Shown piece by piece: positions 1-12,056 of a stretch of 64,000 bases of DNA. The position numbers and the translations under genes were made by a program. The number at the start of each line of letters is the position of its first letter. Within the stretch, counting starts at the first letter, position 1. Under the pieces are notes generated by a model that saw only the letters and a program-made list of their open reading frames with translations, was not told the DNA's origin and ran no database searches. Location of the stretch: the NCBI GenBank assembly GCA_964234715.1, contig OZ174280.1. One strand, given 5' to 3'. This stretch comes from Podarcis melisellensis (lineage: Eukaryota).

Positions 1-404
1 AATTAGTATATCAACACATGGTCAACATCTTAAAGTTCCATGGGGAACTCACATTCCCACCCAAGCTTTGGAGTGAACATGAGTACCACAGCTCCCAATC
101 CCTCAAGATATAGTCAATTATAGACATTATATTTTGATTTATTTTTAAACGGATTACTGGCTAATGGAATTTGTTAGTGTACCTGTTAGTGTTTTGAAAA
201 CCACTACAGTGAATGTTTTAAAATTCCTTTGCTACATAGTTAAAAAATCAGCAAGTTTTAGGCAGAGACTGCTGTCCTTTGTAGGAAAACACAACTTAAG
301 AGATCAAACATGTGACCTGATCTCTCTCTCCACCTCCCCCAGCAATACACTGAAGATTAAAATTAAGGGAACAGGGAACGATGATATGTAATCTGGAACT
401 AGAT

Positions 405-725
405 TCAGGTAGGTAGCTGTGTTGGTCTGACAAAGTCAAAATAAATAAAAAAATTGTCCAGTAGCACCTTAGAGACTAAGTTTGTTCTGGGTATAAGCTT
501 TCGTGTGCATGTACTTCAGAAACACTGAAACAGAAGTCACCAGACCATTATATCAGATCACCCATCTCCTACGACCCTTCTGAGAAAAACCCCACCCCAC
601 CCTCCCACTATATATAATGGTCTGGTGACTTCTGTTTCAGTGTATCTGAAGAAGGGTGCATGCACACGAAAGCTTATACCCAGAACAAACTTGGTCTCTA
701 AGGTGCTGCTGGACATTTTTTAATT
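405..725. mobile_element. Penelope-like element remnant as an inverted repeat (arms ~451-553 and ~611-720)
   Basis: ~100-bp inverted arms read directly; contains the CTGAAGAA...GCACACGAAAGCTTATACC and GGTCTCTAAGGTGCT motifs I recognise from squamate Penelope terminal repeats. Confidence 0.7.
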
Positions 726-1424
726 TTTTTTTATGTATTCTGGAAATTATTGTGCAAATTGGACAAGTATGTGTCAGCACTGTTCAATAAAAACATGGTT
801 TCTTTGCAATTCTGGGATTGTGATAAAATATATTGAGAGAAAGTATGCATGTGGTACAGCATGTAGATAAAGCTGTTGTTCCTGACATTAAGCCTGGAGA
901 AAGAATACTTCCTGAACCCTGGAGTGTTTCTTACAAATGCCCTGCTGCCCACAAACACTCATCAGCAACTGCTTGGATATTTGAGTTTGGCCTGAGTGAT
1001 AGAAACAGTCCCACTCCCAAGGTCACACAGTTCTCCCCAATATCCATGTGTTAGGCATGAATAGCTGCGGGGGCTATGCATGTAAATTTCTAAGGGAACT
1101 GAAAATGTCATCCTAAGAAAGCATACACATGTAGGCTCCCCCCTGCAGATGCCAGGGATGAGACCAGAGAAAGCAGCATAGTCCTGCAGCCCCTTAAAAT
1201 GGCAGAGCTCCCTCAGAGAAACACCCCCTCAAGCATAGAGTGGTTTTGGACATATGAATTCATCTATAGAGCCTGCCTTCCTGCATTGCTCCTTCTAAAT
1301 AAGCAGTTCATGGTACTAGTTTTCTACTTGAGAATGGTACTCACTTCAGTAAAAGCCTTCTCCCCCCCCCCCCAGGTTTGAAAGTAAAATTATATGTAGT
1401 ACAATGGAAACTTGCTGCACTCAC

Positions 1425-1496
1425 CGACACTGCTACAGAATCCTGTATGTCTTTGTGACTCACCAGCTGCACATTACCATCTTCATAGTAATGCAC
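1425..1496 (-). CDS. CAPZA1: CAPZA1 exon 8 ([24 protein letters not shown])
   Basis: atctag acceptor, gtgagt donor, 72 nt; conserved [11 protein letters not shown] motif. Confidence 0.96.
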
Positions 1497-1941
1497 CTAG
1501 ATTAAAATAAAACCCATATTTTTAAAGTAGTATTTAAGCCTCTAGCACTGCCTGTGGGACTATGTTGTGCTAAGTACTGTATAGGCAGAAGGGAAAGCTC
1601 CACCTCCCAACCCCAAAGCTAAACATCTCAACAGCAGTTTAGCCTCTTCTCATAATATGCATCATTTCCCAAAAGTCTTTTAAAAAATGATCCAACCAAT
1701 ATCTTTCTTTTTGAACAGCCATTGTATCATGAAGAATCACTATGGCCAACTAGACAAAGACTTTGCCACCGATAAGCTTTTAAAAAGGCTCAGTTAGTCT
1801 CAATTTCAATTGTATTGTAGATAAAGCAGAATACAGGGCTTTGTTGCCTTAAACACCAAAGTGGGGCTGCATCATGCTCCAGAACATTTCATCTTGGCTA
1901 TGCAAATCAGTGAGAGCCTTTTTATGCAGTCAGGCATGTTA

Positions 1942-2277
<336 letters not shown>

Positions 2278-3079
2278 TTACTAGTCTCACTTGTTCAGGC
2301 AGATTTGCTTGGAATTTATATAGCTGACAACTCCTATGCAGATGAACACTACTTCACAGCTGAACTCTATCCACATTCTGAAAGCAGAGCTTCCAGTGAA
2401 CTACTTTTTTTTTTAATTATAATGAAATAGGCAAAATTAAGTTATACAAAAGAGCACTAGGAGTGTGCTCTTAGTCCAAAACACAAATGATTTGCCTGTG
2501 GTAATTTATTCTGACAGTAGATTAAAGCAACAGTTAAGGCCTTTGGGCTTTGAAACAAGTAAGGCTACTGCCTCTCTTCTGATTCAGCTAAATTAGATAT
2601 TAAATGCCTCCTTGTATTTCACATGCAGGTTGGTTTTTTAAAAAATTCTGAGTCCATAGATGGGACCTGATTATCAGGATCACAGGCGACAAAGAAAGCC
2701 TTTCATCATGTGCTTTGGTTTTGAGGAAAATCCTTCCTTTTAAGGTGAGACTTGCTCTGGGTGAAAATCCCCTATTAATGCCAGTGGGTGATTTCACACA
2801 AGCGCAAATGCCAGCTTCAAAGGATGGAAGGGTTAAATCCCCCTCTACACCTGCTACGATTAAGATTATCAGCCCCCACCTGATGTTATTTGCATTTTTA
2901 ATGTCCACATAGTTTGGTCCAAAGAAGAGCAGGTCTGCCCCTGAGGAATTTAAACTTCCAGAGAAGATGGTCCATTAAGTCACAGCAGATAGTTCCCTTT
3001 TTCAAGCCATGAAGGATAATATGGACCAGTGTGGATTAAGTTGTGCTGAATAAAGATTATGTATCAGAGACATGCTTAC

Positions 3080-3159
3080 CAGAAGTTTTTGGGCTGAAAC
3101 TGGTGACTCTCAATGCAAGCAATGACTGTTGGCTGCCCATCTATTGTCTTACTGTAAAC
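3080..3159 (-). CDS. CAPZA1: CAPZA1 exon 6 (VYSKTIDGQPTVIACIESHQFQPKNFW)
   Basis: aatag acceptor, gtaagc donor, 80 nt. Confidence 0.95.
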
Positions 3160-3984
3160 CTATTTCCAGAAGAGAAGCTTACATAAGAGAACACAAAAAC
3201 TTCAAACTCACCTGGGTTTAGATATTATAGCAGCAGAGTGGGATACACTTTTCTGTAGGTTTATTCCAGGCATGGCCCACCACCATGAGCAGCAGACAAA
3301 TTGCCACCCAATTGTCATCTCAATTTCAGTCAGATGACAATTGTAAAGCAAGAGTTATGCAAATGCTCCTGTCCATGTGCTGACAGACTTGTAAATAGTG
3401 CATCAATACCATGTAATAAACCCATGGAAAAACAGTTCTCATGCAACAGCTGTAACATCCAAAGGGCACCCAATTGCTTGGTAAAACCAGTTCTAAAGAG
3501 CATCAGGCTGACACACAACAGCCTGCTTTCCTGACTAATGATGTGTTACTTGGGTGCCAATTTGTTATCCTATACTCCCTTTTTGCCTGCATATCCAAAT
3601 GGATTTCTTTTCCATTGTGTTTAAATGTCAGACATACACTGTATGTCATTTAAGCACAGCACCATTTTACACTTGTCCTTCTGTCAAGGGGAAAAGGGAG
3701 GGAATATTTTGGTTCCATTTTGTAGCCAGAATAGGGAAGATGCTGGAGTTGGTTGAAGCCTATAAAATACATTTCAAGGTTATTTAATTCAGCTTTCATA
3801 TTTGTAGGCCATGTATAAGTAGCACACACACTTTTTTAACCTCCCATTGCAACGCAGAAAAAGCAAAGTGCTACTATTGCTAGCTAACGACATCCATGTC
3901 ACCGGTAGAGTCAACTTTTTCTGTTCTTTACATTAGTCAACATAAGAACAATGAGTCACCAGAGAAGAACATTGGATACTTAAC

Positions 3985-4191
3985 AGTACAGAAGCCATGT
4001 GGATAGTGATCTTTCACATAGGCCCTTAGTGCACCATCACAGGCATCCCTCCAGGTCTTCAGCGCTGCATCTGTGTCCTCTGGCTGGGGATCACTTGCTT
4101 CTTTCCTTAAATGATCAAATTTAAAGGAAAGCTTGTTCCTTGGGTCTAGAAATCGACCATTACCAAGATCACCGTGTTCCGTAATTAAAAC
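3985..4191 (-). CDS. CAPZA1: CAPZA1 exon 5 ([20 protein letters not shown]...[10 protein letters not shown])
   Basis: ctttttaag acceptor, atypical donor ACT|gttaagtat, 207 nt, in frame with exon 6. Confidence 0.93.
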
Positions 4192-4283
4192 CTTAAAAAG
4201 AAAAAAAAACATTATAGTTAGAACACTAGCAAGCCATTGTGAGTGCACCTTCCTACAGGCTTCCTTGGCTCTTGTTTCAGGGA

Positions 4284-4473
4284 CAGTGGTATCTCGGATT
4301 ACGAACTTAATCCGTTCCAGAAGTCCATTCTTAAACCGAAATCGTTCTTAAACCGAGGCACACTTTCCCTAATGAGGCCTCCTGCCACCGGTGCCCTTCC
4401 ACCGTTTGGATTCCATTCTTTCTGGTTTTGCAAAGTTCGTAAACAGGGCTGTTCTTAAACCAAGGTACCACTG
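4284..4473. mobile_element. Tc1/mariner (Tigger-like) MITE
   Basis: TIRs CAGTGGTATCTCGG...CCAAGGTACCACTG, TA on the right flank. Confidence 0.8.
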
Positions 4474-5536
4474 TACATTAAAAAAAAAGATAGATCCTTC
4501 TCTGTTTGCAAGAGGGACCCTTGAGAAACATTAAGTAACCCAATTCTGAAAGGGACAAGTTAAGGAAAGGCAGAAGCACAAAACTGGATCTTATCAGTGG
4601 CTGATGTGTAACCCTGCACCACCACTAGCTTCCTGGGAAGGTGGAAAACCCCTATGAGGCAAGCATCTTCCTCAAGGAAGAGACTACTCAACAGCTTTGC
4701 TGAACAGGAAGCCTTATATCTCTTTTCAAAGTCAACATTAATTTGTATATTCTCCATAAAACTTGGTAAGCCCTCCCCTCCCATCATTGTCACCCCACCT
4801 CAATGCCCTTGACGAAGCATTTTCTCCCTTTGCTCCAGCTGCCCTCTTCTTGCTTCACTACCTTGCTGGTATCATCTCTCAAGTCCATCTTCGGACCTGA
4901 AGTGCTTTTGAGGCTGTGCTGGATACCTACAGTTTGTTCGAGATGATACTGCCTTAAAGGCATTAAAGCCAGCCATGCTTAGTTGCTGCTTGACAATTCA
5001 GTCCTTTGGGGGAGTAATGAAATGGCAAGAGGTATGGCGGGGGGGGGGGGGAGGGAACATATGGTTGAAGCACATTTAAGGAAAGCTTGTGCACATGATG
5101 AATCACCTGCTTGCTTTCCCCAACATGTAGCCAGAAGTCACATTCCCCTTAGCTGGGGTGCAGTCTTGTCTTCACCCTATTCCACCCATCCTGAGGCTAT
5201 AGAGCTTCCTGTTCCTGCAGGGGGAGTTGGAGGAGATTTTGGGCAATAAGCAGTGAAGCCAGCCATAATCTCTCCAGCTTCTCACCGAATTCAATACTTT
5301 AAAGCAGTACTGCGCCACATTTTAAAACAGTACTACATTTTTTATATTGCTTTAAAATGCAGGCATGCTCAAAATTCTCTCCTTCACCAAACACATGATG
5401 TCCAGTGCCAATATATGCAACCTGAATGACATCCCAAGATCTCTAACCTTTAATCATTCCCAGAAGAACAAGCATTTTGCGAGCATAAAGGGGATGGGGG
5501 GAGACCAGGCACAGAAGAGGTCTTAATATCTAGTTA

Positions 5537-5749
<213 letters not shown>

Positions 5750-5961
5750 TTATGGCCCTCTATTAATATTTCACCACTGCAGAAAGCATACAATTTCTAT
5801 AGTTGGCAGGTTTATATTGAACAAACTCCCATCAGTATTGAAAACAATTATATACAACAACCCCTCCATCCTTCCTATTTCAAGCTTTACTGAAGTGGTT
5901 TATGAACAAATTGCATAGCTTGAGCTAACACAGATCCTAACATAAAATAAGGAGTACTTAC

Positions 5962-6013
5962 TGTGCTGCCCCTTCCCTAAGAAGATTGTCATTGTTAAGC
6001 AGCAACCGGACAT
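5962..6013 (-). CDS. CAPZA1: CAPZA1 exon 3 (DVRLLLNNDNLLREGAAH)
   Basis: tttttag acceptor, gtaagt donor, 52 nt; not in the ORF track, translated by hand. Confidence 0.95.
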
Positions 6014-6464
6014 CTAAAAAAGAAGAAAACATTCATACAGATGAGCAACAATTGCATTGCTTCAATATAATGTTTACTAGCACACAGATAAATGTTTGAA
6101 CAACAAATTGTTTGGATTGGATACCAAAAAAATTGTTCACAAAACATAGTTCTCATTTTTTAGGAATGTGAGAGCTTTTAGCAGAAAAATAAAGAAAGTG
6201 TGTTGCATTTAGAATATCTTCCGATATACTAAGTACTTCTGAAAGGTATTACCTTTTGAGGCAGTATTTTTCTTAGTATAGTATATGTCAAAGAATTAGG
6301 TTTCAAAGAGTTAAAGAATTATTCAGACTGGAGTGGAGGGAAATCAATTATACACCCATTTTTAGATGGTACCTAAGCAAATAGCTGACTACGTGGGTGG
6401 GAATTAGAACCCCCCCTTTATTTCTTAAACAAAAACCAGGCTGGAATTCTCTACTAGAGTGATA

Positions 6465-6821
6465 AAAGGTAAAGGTAAAGGGACTTCTGCCCATTAGGTC
6501 CAGTCATGACCGACTCTGGGGTTGCGGAGCTCATCTGGCTTTATTGGCCGAGGGAGCCGGCGTACAGCTTCCGGGTCATGTGGCCAGCATGACTAAGCCG
6601 CTTCTGGAGAACCAGAGCAGCGCATGGAAACACCATTTACCTTCCTGCTGCAGCGGTACCTATTTATTTACTTGCACTTTGATGTGCTTTCGAACTGCTA
6701 GGTTGGCAGGAGCAGGGACTGAGCAACGGGAGCTGACCCCGTTGCAGAGATTCGAGCCACTGACCTTCTGATCAGCATGTCCTAGGCTCTGTGGTTTAAC
6801 CCACAGCACAACCTGCATCTC
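6465..6821 (-). mobile_element. Sauria SINE, near full length
   Basis: Reverse complement of the 29360 copy; (ACCTTT)n tail seen as aaaggtaaaggt. Confidence 0.9.
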
Positions 6822-7526
6822 TGGATATCAAAAAGGAGCACACTGGAGGACAGATACCCTTTGTGTGTGAAATTTTGCATTTCCATGAATGGCTCCAGAG
6901 AAGACCAATAATCTTGAATGTTACTACGGAGGCAGTTGACAAAAATACAAGTGCTACTTGGACAGTTCAAGCGCGGCTCCTGAACACCTTTTCTTTATGA
7001 ACTACTGGAGGTAACTTTATGTTGTGAACTGCCCTGAGATCTACGGATGAAGTGTGGTATACAAATTTAATAAATAATAAGTAACAACAACTGAAGTTCC
7101 CACTTTACATGTATATTGGCACCATAAAAGCATTCATGTTCACTCAGCAGGAAGCAGCATATGTAGTTTTATCTTCCTTCCCAGCTACTTGAACCAGGCA
7201 GCAGCATAGCAGCTATTTGTTTGCATAGCCCCAATTGCCCTGTCACACAAAAAATAAGATGTTGGGGAAAGGCCTACGTATATAAAATGCAAGACCACCA
7301 AAAGCCAAGACACTCACAAGCAATCTGCAATTTTTGGTACAGAAGACATTTTAAAAGCGAGTTTATTTATTAAAACACCAAATTCCCTATTTCTGAATGA
7401 CAGTAACCCCAACAGCAAGAACTTTGGTCTTAAATAGTTCAGTATCGCCTCATAGGCATTCAGTGATTATTTTGTTAACTGATAAAATGGAGAACTTATA
7501 TGAATCATTTCGGTTTTTTAACTTAC

Positions 7527-7590
7527 CATTAAACACTTCATTGAATTCCCCAGGAGGTGCATGAGTGATGAATTTTGCAGCTATACGCAC
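7527..7590 (-). CDS. CAPZA1: CAPZA1 exon 2 ([21 protein letters not shown])
   Basis: tttgcag acceptor, G|gtaagt donor, 64 nt. Confidence 0.96.
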
Positions 7591-8907
7591 CTGCAAATAA
7601 ATCAGATGGGCTTCAGTCTGTGCTCTTAAACAGATATTTAGCAGTGGCTGCAGTTGAAGCCACACAACATGCATGGTTGCAACAGGTGCAGCCACAGCAG
7701 TGTCATATTGCAATCCAGTTAACAGTGCAAACTGATGCCCTTGAAAGTCCCTGGTTATCCTATTTGAGAAACCCCGAATTAATTAGTTATGTTCCTCTTT
7801 TGGGGGTGGGCAACAGCAAACTGCAACATGCATAAAATGGGCCACTGAAAGACTGTTAAATCACAGGGGACAATCAAAGTTAGAGCTTCTGTACCTTTCC
7901 CAGTCATGTATACAAGGTTCAGATTTTCCATTTTATGCAGGATTATGATGTTGAAACTTCCTCATCAACACAACTGCTACAGGTATAGATACCCTAAAGA
8001 AGAGAGATTGTCCCTTCTGGTATTAAAACAAATTTATTATGATCTACTATCTGTTGTCATGTCCTCTCTTCCATATAAACATACACAATGTAAAAATTTA
8101 ACATCCCTAAAATTTGTGATCGAGATCCTAAGGTCCACGTTATATATCAACAGGCCTGGTTTTCACATCAAATGAACATCCAAGTAAATCGAGTCAAATG
8201 GCACTCAAAGTGAAAAAAATATTTTCAAGTAATAGTTCTTTTACTATTGATCATAAGATGACAGACTTTGGCAGAAGTAATAATAATACTCTCCTGTTGA
8301 CTTCAGGAATATCTGCAGTTCTGTCAGATTGCCTCAAAGGTTTTTTTTTTTTTTTAAATGGGATTCAGACATCTATGTGCTTACTACATATCTCCCACAG
8401 TCACCAGTTGCCTGTCATGCAATTCATTTGCTGAGGATGCCTGGTTAGGAAAGCAAATGCTCCAGGTCAGTATTAAATCAGAACAGTTATGAGGTGACTG
8501 AGGGACTTCAAATTCCTCCTAAAGTACAAAGGATACCAATCTAAAGAGATATTAGGGATACCTAGATTAGAAATGAGTACAAGGGATTGAGATAGATATA
8601 GGATGAGTTTCATGTTTTCTAGGCTAGAAAAAGATGGTTGAATAAAAACTTCATTGAAAGTAATACATATACATAAAGCAACAAAACTTTCTCTGAGGGA
8701 AGCAAACATGGGATTACAGCCATAGATATTAAAGCCCACTTCATATGCAGGCGGTGACCATTTTAGGCAGGTCCAACTGATATGCGATTGTGATGAGCAG
8801 GTCCTTTTGGACCCAGAAGACAGTGGAACGGGGTGTGGCGTGCTTATACATGCTCCACCGACATGCATGGAGGCTGGGAACAGAACCCCTGCATGAAATG
8901 ATTACTG

Positions 8908-9043
8908 TAGGCTTCCTCAAATTCGGTCCCCCAGATGTTTTTGGTGTACAATTCCCATGATCCCTAGCTAGCAGGACCAGTGGTCAGGGATGATGGGAAT
9001 TGTAGTCTCAAAACATCTGGAGGGCCGAGTTTGAAGAAGCCTG
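8908..9043. mobile_element. hAT-type palindromic MITE
   Basis: Whole element is an imperfect hairpin; 8-bp TSD gattactg/ggttactg. Confidence 0.8.
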
Positions 9044-9279
9044 GGTTACTGCCTGTATTCAATTGTCCTACACTGGTGAACAAGCTGATCTATGCGAGTT
9101 TCCCAAGTGGCATTTGCTCAGCAAAAATACACTCCCACCATCACACAAAGCTACTATCTATATGCTTTTTCCAAATTTTAACGCATGTCAGAACGAAAAA
9201 AAACACATGACGTGGATCCAAGGCAGATTTAATTGTATTTAAACATTGGCATGCCTAGTTAGATGATAAAAACAAGCTT

Positions 9280-10190
9280 TGTTGTTGTTGGCATCCGTCT
9301 GTCTCAAGAGAGAATGGTGTGTGCCTCCAGGAGTGAAGTCAAACCACTGTGTTACCAGCAGTGAAGTGACCTCCTGAGGGTGCAAGCCAGGGCAATGTGT
9401 ATGGAGGTCCTGGGCTGCTCATATGACAAGACACCCCCCCTCGCTGATGTGGTCCAAAGGAAAGCAAAACGATACATTTGGCACCAGCTTAGCTGTACAA
9501 GGTGCCATACAACCGTCTTAGGGACTCCATTCTGGATTTGTGGATGGTTTACCCCTTAGCATTTTCTTATCCCAAAGATATCCCTCAAGGTAGCAGAGGT
9601 TTAGGCTCAGAGTACAGTGGAACCTGAGTTTTCGAGCATCTCGGAAGCCGAACAAAACCCAGAGGTGAATGCTTCCATTTTCAAACGAGCCTCGGAAGTC
9701 AAACGGCTTACGAAGCCTGTTTCTCCATTTTCTCAATGGAATTTGCTGACCGCCCATTGCATCTCAGTTGTTGAACATTTCGGAAGTCGAATGGTCTTCT
9801 GGAACGGATTACGTTTGACAACCGATGTACCACTGTATTTCTTCTCCTATGGCTACCTTCCCAGGTAGGCAAGCCCCATCTGCCCCTCATTTCCCTCTAC
9901 AACATGTGCAGAAACTACCTTCTTGACCACTAGACCCGCCATTTGCTCATTCCACCAGAGCTTGTCTTTGCATGTAGGGGAAGTCCATGTAGGGTTTGAA
10001 ACTCATCAGTCACCCTCACCTGGTTTAGCCGGCCATTTGAAGCTGTTTCCTGGAGTGTGGCCGCTGTCTCATGCTGACAGCTTCTAGGTGAAAGCTGAGT
10101 GCAGGGCTGGGACCAAAGGTGGACAGACTACCCCAGAAGGAGCACAATGTGTGCCCCACTAGAGGTACTTCCCCTCTCCCAACCCCCCAT
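9280..10190 (-). mobile_element. Non-autonomous RTE-LINE-derived retroposon interrupted by a MITE
   Basis: Minus strand ends GAGACAGACGGATGCCAAC(AAC)n (RTE-type 3' end) and starts GGGAGAGGGGAAGTACCTCTAGTGGGG (RTE-like 5' end); no long ORF. Confidence 0.55.
9615..9835. mobile_element. Tc1/mariner (Tigger-like) MITE nested in the RTE-derived element
   Basis: TA|CAGTGGAACC...GTACCACTG|TA. Confidence 0.82.
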
Positions 10191-11744
10191 GTAAGCATCA
10201 TTAGACCTGAAACAGATGCACAATTGTACTGTCATGATTCTAAGAGCACCATATTACCCAAAAGAAACTTGCTCCAATCCTCCTTCCCCCCAAACGCCAC
10301 CCACATAGATGTAGCCCTGAGAGGCACATAGCTGGGAACAAAGCCTCCTCTGCCTTTTGGTATATGTAACAGAACTAGAACACTGTGTCTATCATATCAT
10401 AATGCCAAGGAAGAAAAGGGACTGCTATATTTTGATTCTGAAACATGAATCTGTATAAAAGAAGAATAAGGAATGGAGGATATCCTCCCACCACTCCCAA
10501 GCTGCCACTGCTGTTAATTGGGGGGCTGGGCATTAATAATTCCCTGGTGAAAATTACTGAAAAGCAACATCTAGAAATAAGTTTACCCTGTAATTTCCCC
10601 CAAGACTTTCCAGAGCATTGCCCTAGATGGCTGAAAGTCTCCTTCAAACTATAGCATGTGCTTTTATTAGAAAGTGCATCTGTAAGCAGTAAGCATGACG
10701 CTCTGGTTGCATTAAAGCACTCCCACAAATACTGTACTCAAAGAACATATTACTTTGCCTAACAAGCACCAGGATTCATTTCAATGGAGAGTATCGGATC
10801 CATTTCCCCTCATTTGACCATCTTCACCTACAATTATCTCTCGGGGTATCCAAAAAATAACAAGCAGTCAAAATGAGAAACTGAAAGCAGGGGGAGGGGG
10901 AGGAATACAAACCTTTTGCGGTCTTTTATAATCCAACTAATAGCAACTTATTAAAACACAAATCTATTGTGGACACAGTCCTATCAAATTCATCACATGT
11001 ACTAAAACTTTTTTGATTCTTTTCAGATTTCAGATCCAAACTCAACTAATCAAAAAGTGTGTGTTCATCAGTGTGCTGAAATCTATTTTCATTTCCATTC
11101 TCTCTGACAAGATACCTATATCAAGCAATGAATGTGTCCAAGCAGCAAGGGGAAAACAAACATATACATTAAATCACACAGCCTTATATTATTTCTTTAG
11201 AAAAATAAAGGCATAGCAGCTATGGCTAAGCTAAAAAATAATGCATTTGCCTTTGTTAAACTGAGCAAAGTTATAGTTATTTGGTGTGGTAAGGACTATT
11301 TTCAAGCTTATCAACAACCTGCAATTTTGACTTCTGTTTTCTTAGCGTACTAATGCAGACAGGTCCCCATCTGCTTCAATTTCACATGAAAACAAAGCTG
11401 GAAGAAATTGCTTTTCCTTCTCTGGAGCAGAAAATGCACCAAAATAAAGGTTACTGTATTTGGGTTGTCATGGGTACATGCAGACTCTACATATTCAGAC
11501 AGACTGCAATCGAATATTGTGACTAGTGTAATTCTAGCCTTTGCTAAATTAGCAATTCATTGCCATGTCCTACAGCAATCTTACTAAATTTAAAGCTGAA
11601 ATTCCCAATACATAACCTGCAGGTTTTAAACTATGCAATGTATCCAAACCAACACTTCCTTGTAATTTCTTACTATACAGATTCTAGGTTTCATGGTGCC
11701 CTCAGCCCATTTTTTTTTTTTGCATCTTTTACTATGTGAATAAG

Positions 11745-12056
11745 AGAGCCTAGGGCTTGCCAATCAGAAGGTCGGCAGTTTGAATCACTGCAACAGGGTG
11801 AGCTCCCGTTCCTCAGTCCCTGCTCCGGCTAACCTAGCAGTTCAAAAGCACGTCAAAGTGCAAGTAGATAAATAGGTACCGCTCCAGCGGGAAGGTAAAC
11901 AGCGTTTCTGTGCACTGCTCTGGTTCACGAGAAGTGGCTTAGTCATATTGGCCACATGACCTGGAAGCTGTACACCGGCTCCCTCGGCCAGTAAAGCGAG
12001 ATTAGTGCCGCAACCCCAGAGTCATCCACAACTGGACCTATAAGGGTCCCTTTACC
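11745..12056 (+). mobile_element. Sauria SINE, 5'-truncated
   Basis: Matches the other copies; TSD ttactatgtgaata / ttactatccgaata (12/14). Confidence 0.9.

Noticed and set aside
7915-7972. Minus-strand TGATGA...CTGA pair resembling a C/D snoRNA in CAPZA1 intron 1
   Set aside because: Only ~50 nt, imperfect C box, negligible terminal stem, no recognisable guide
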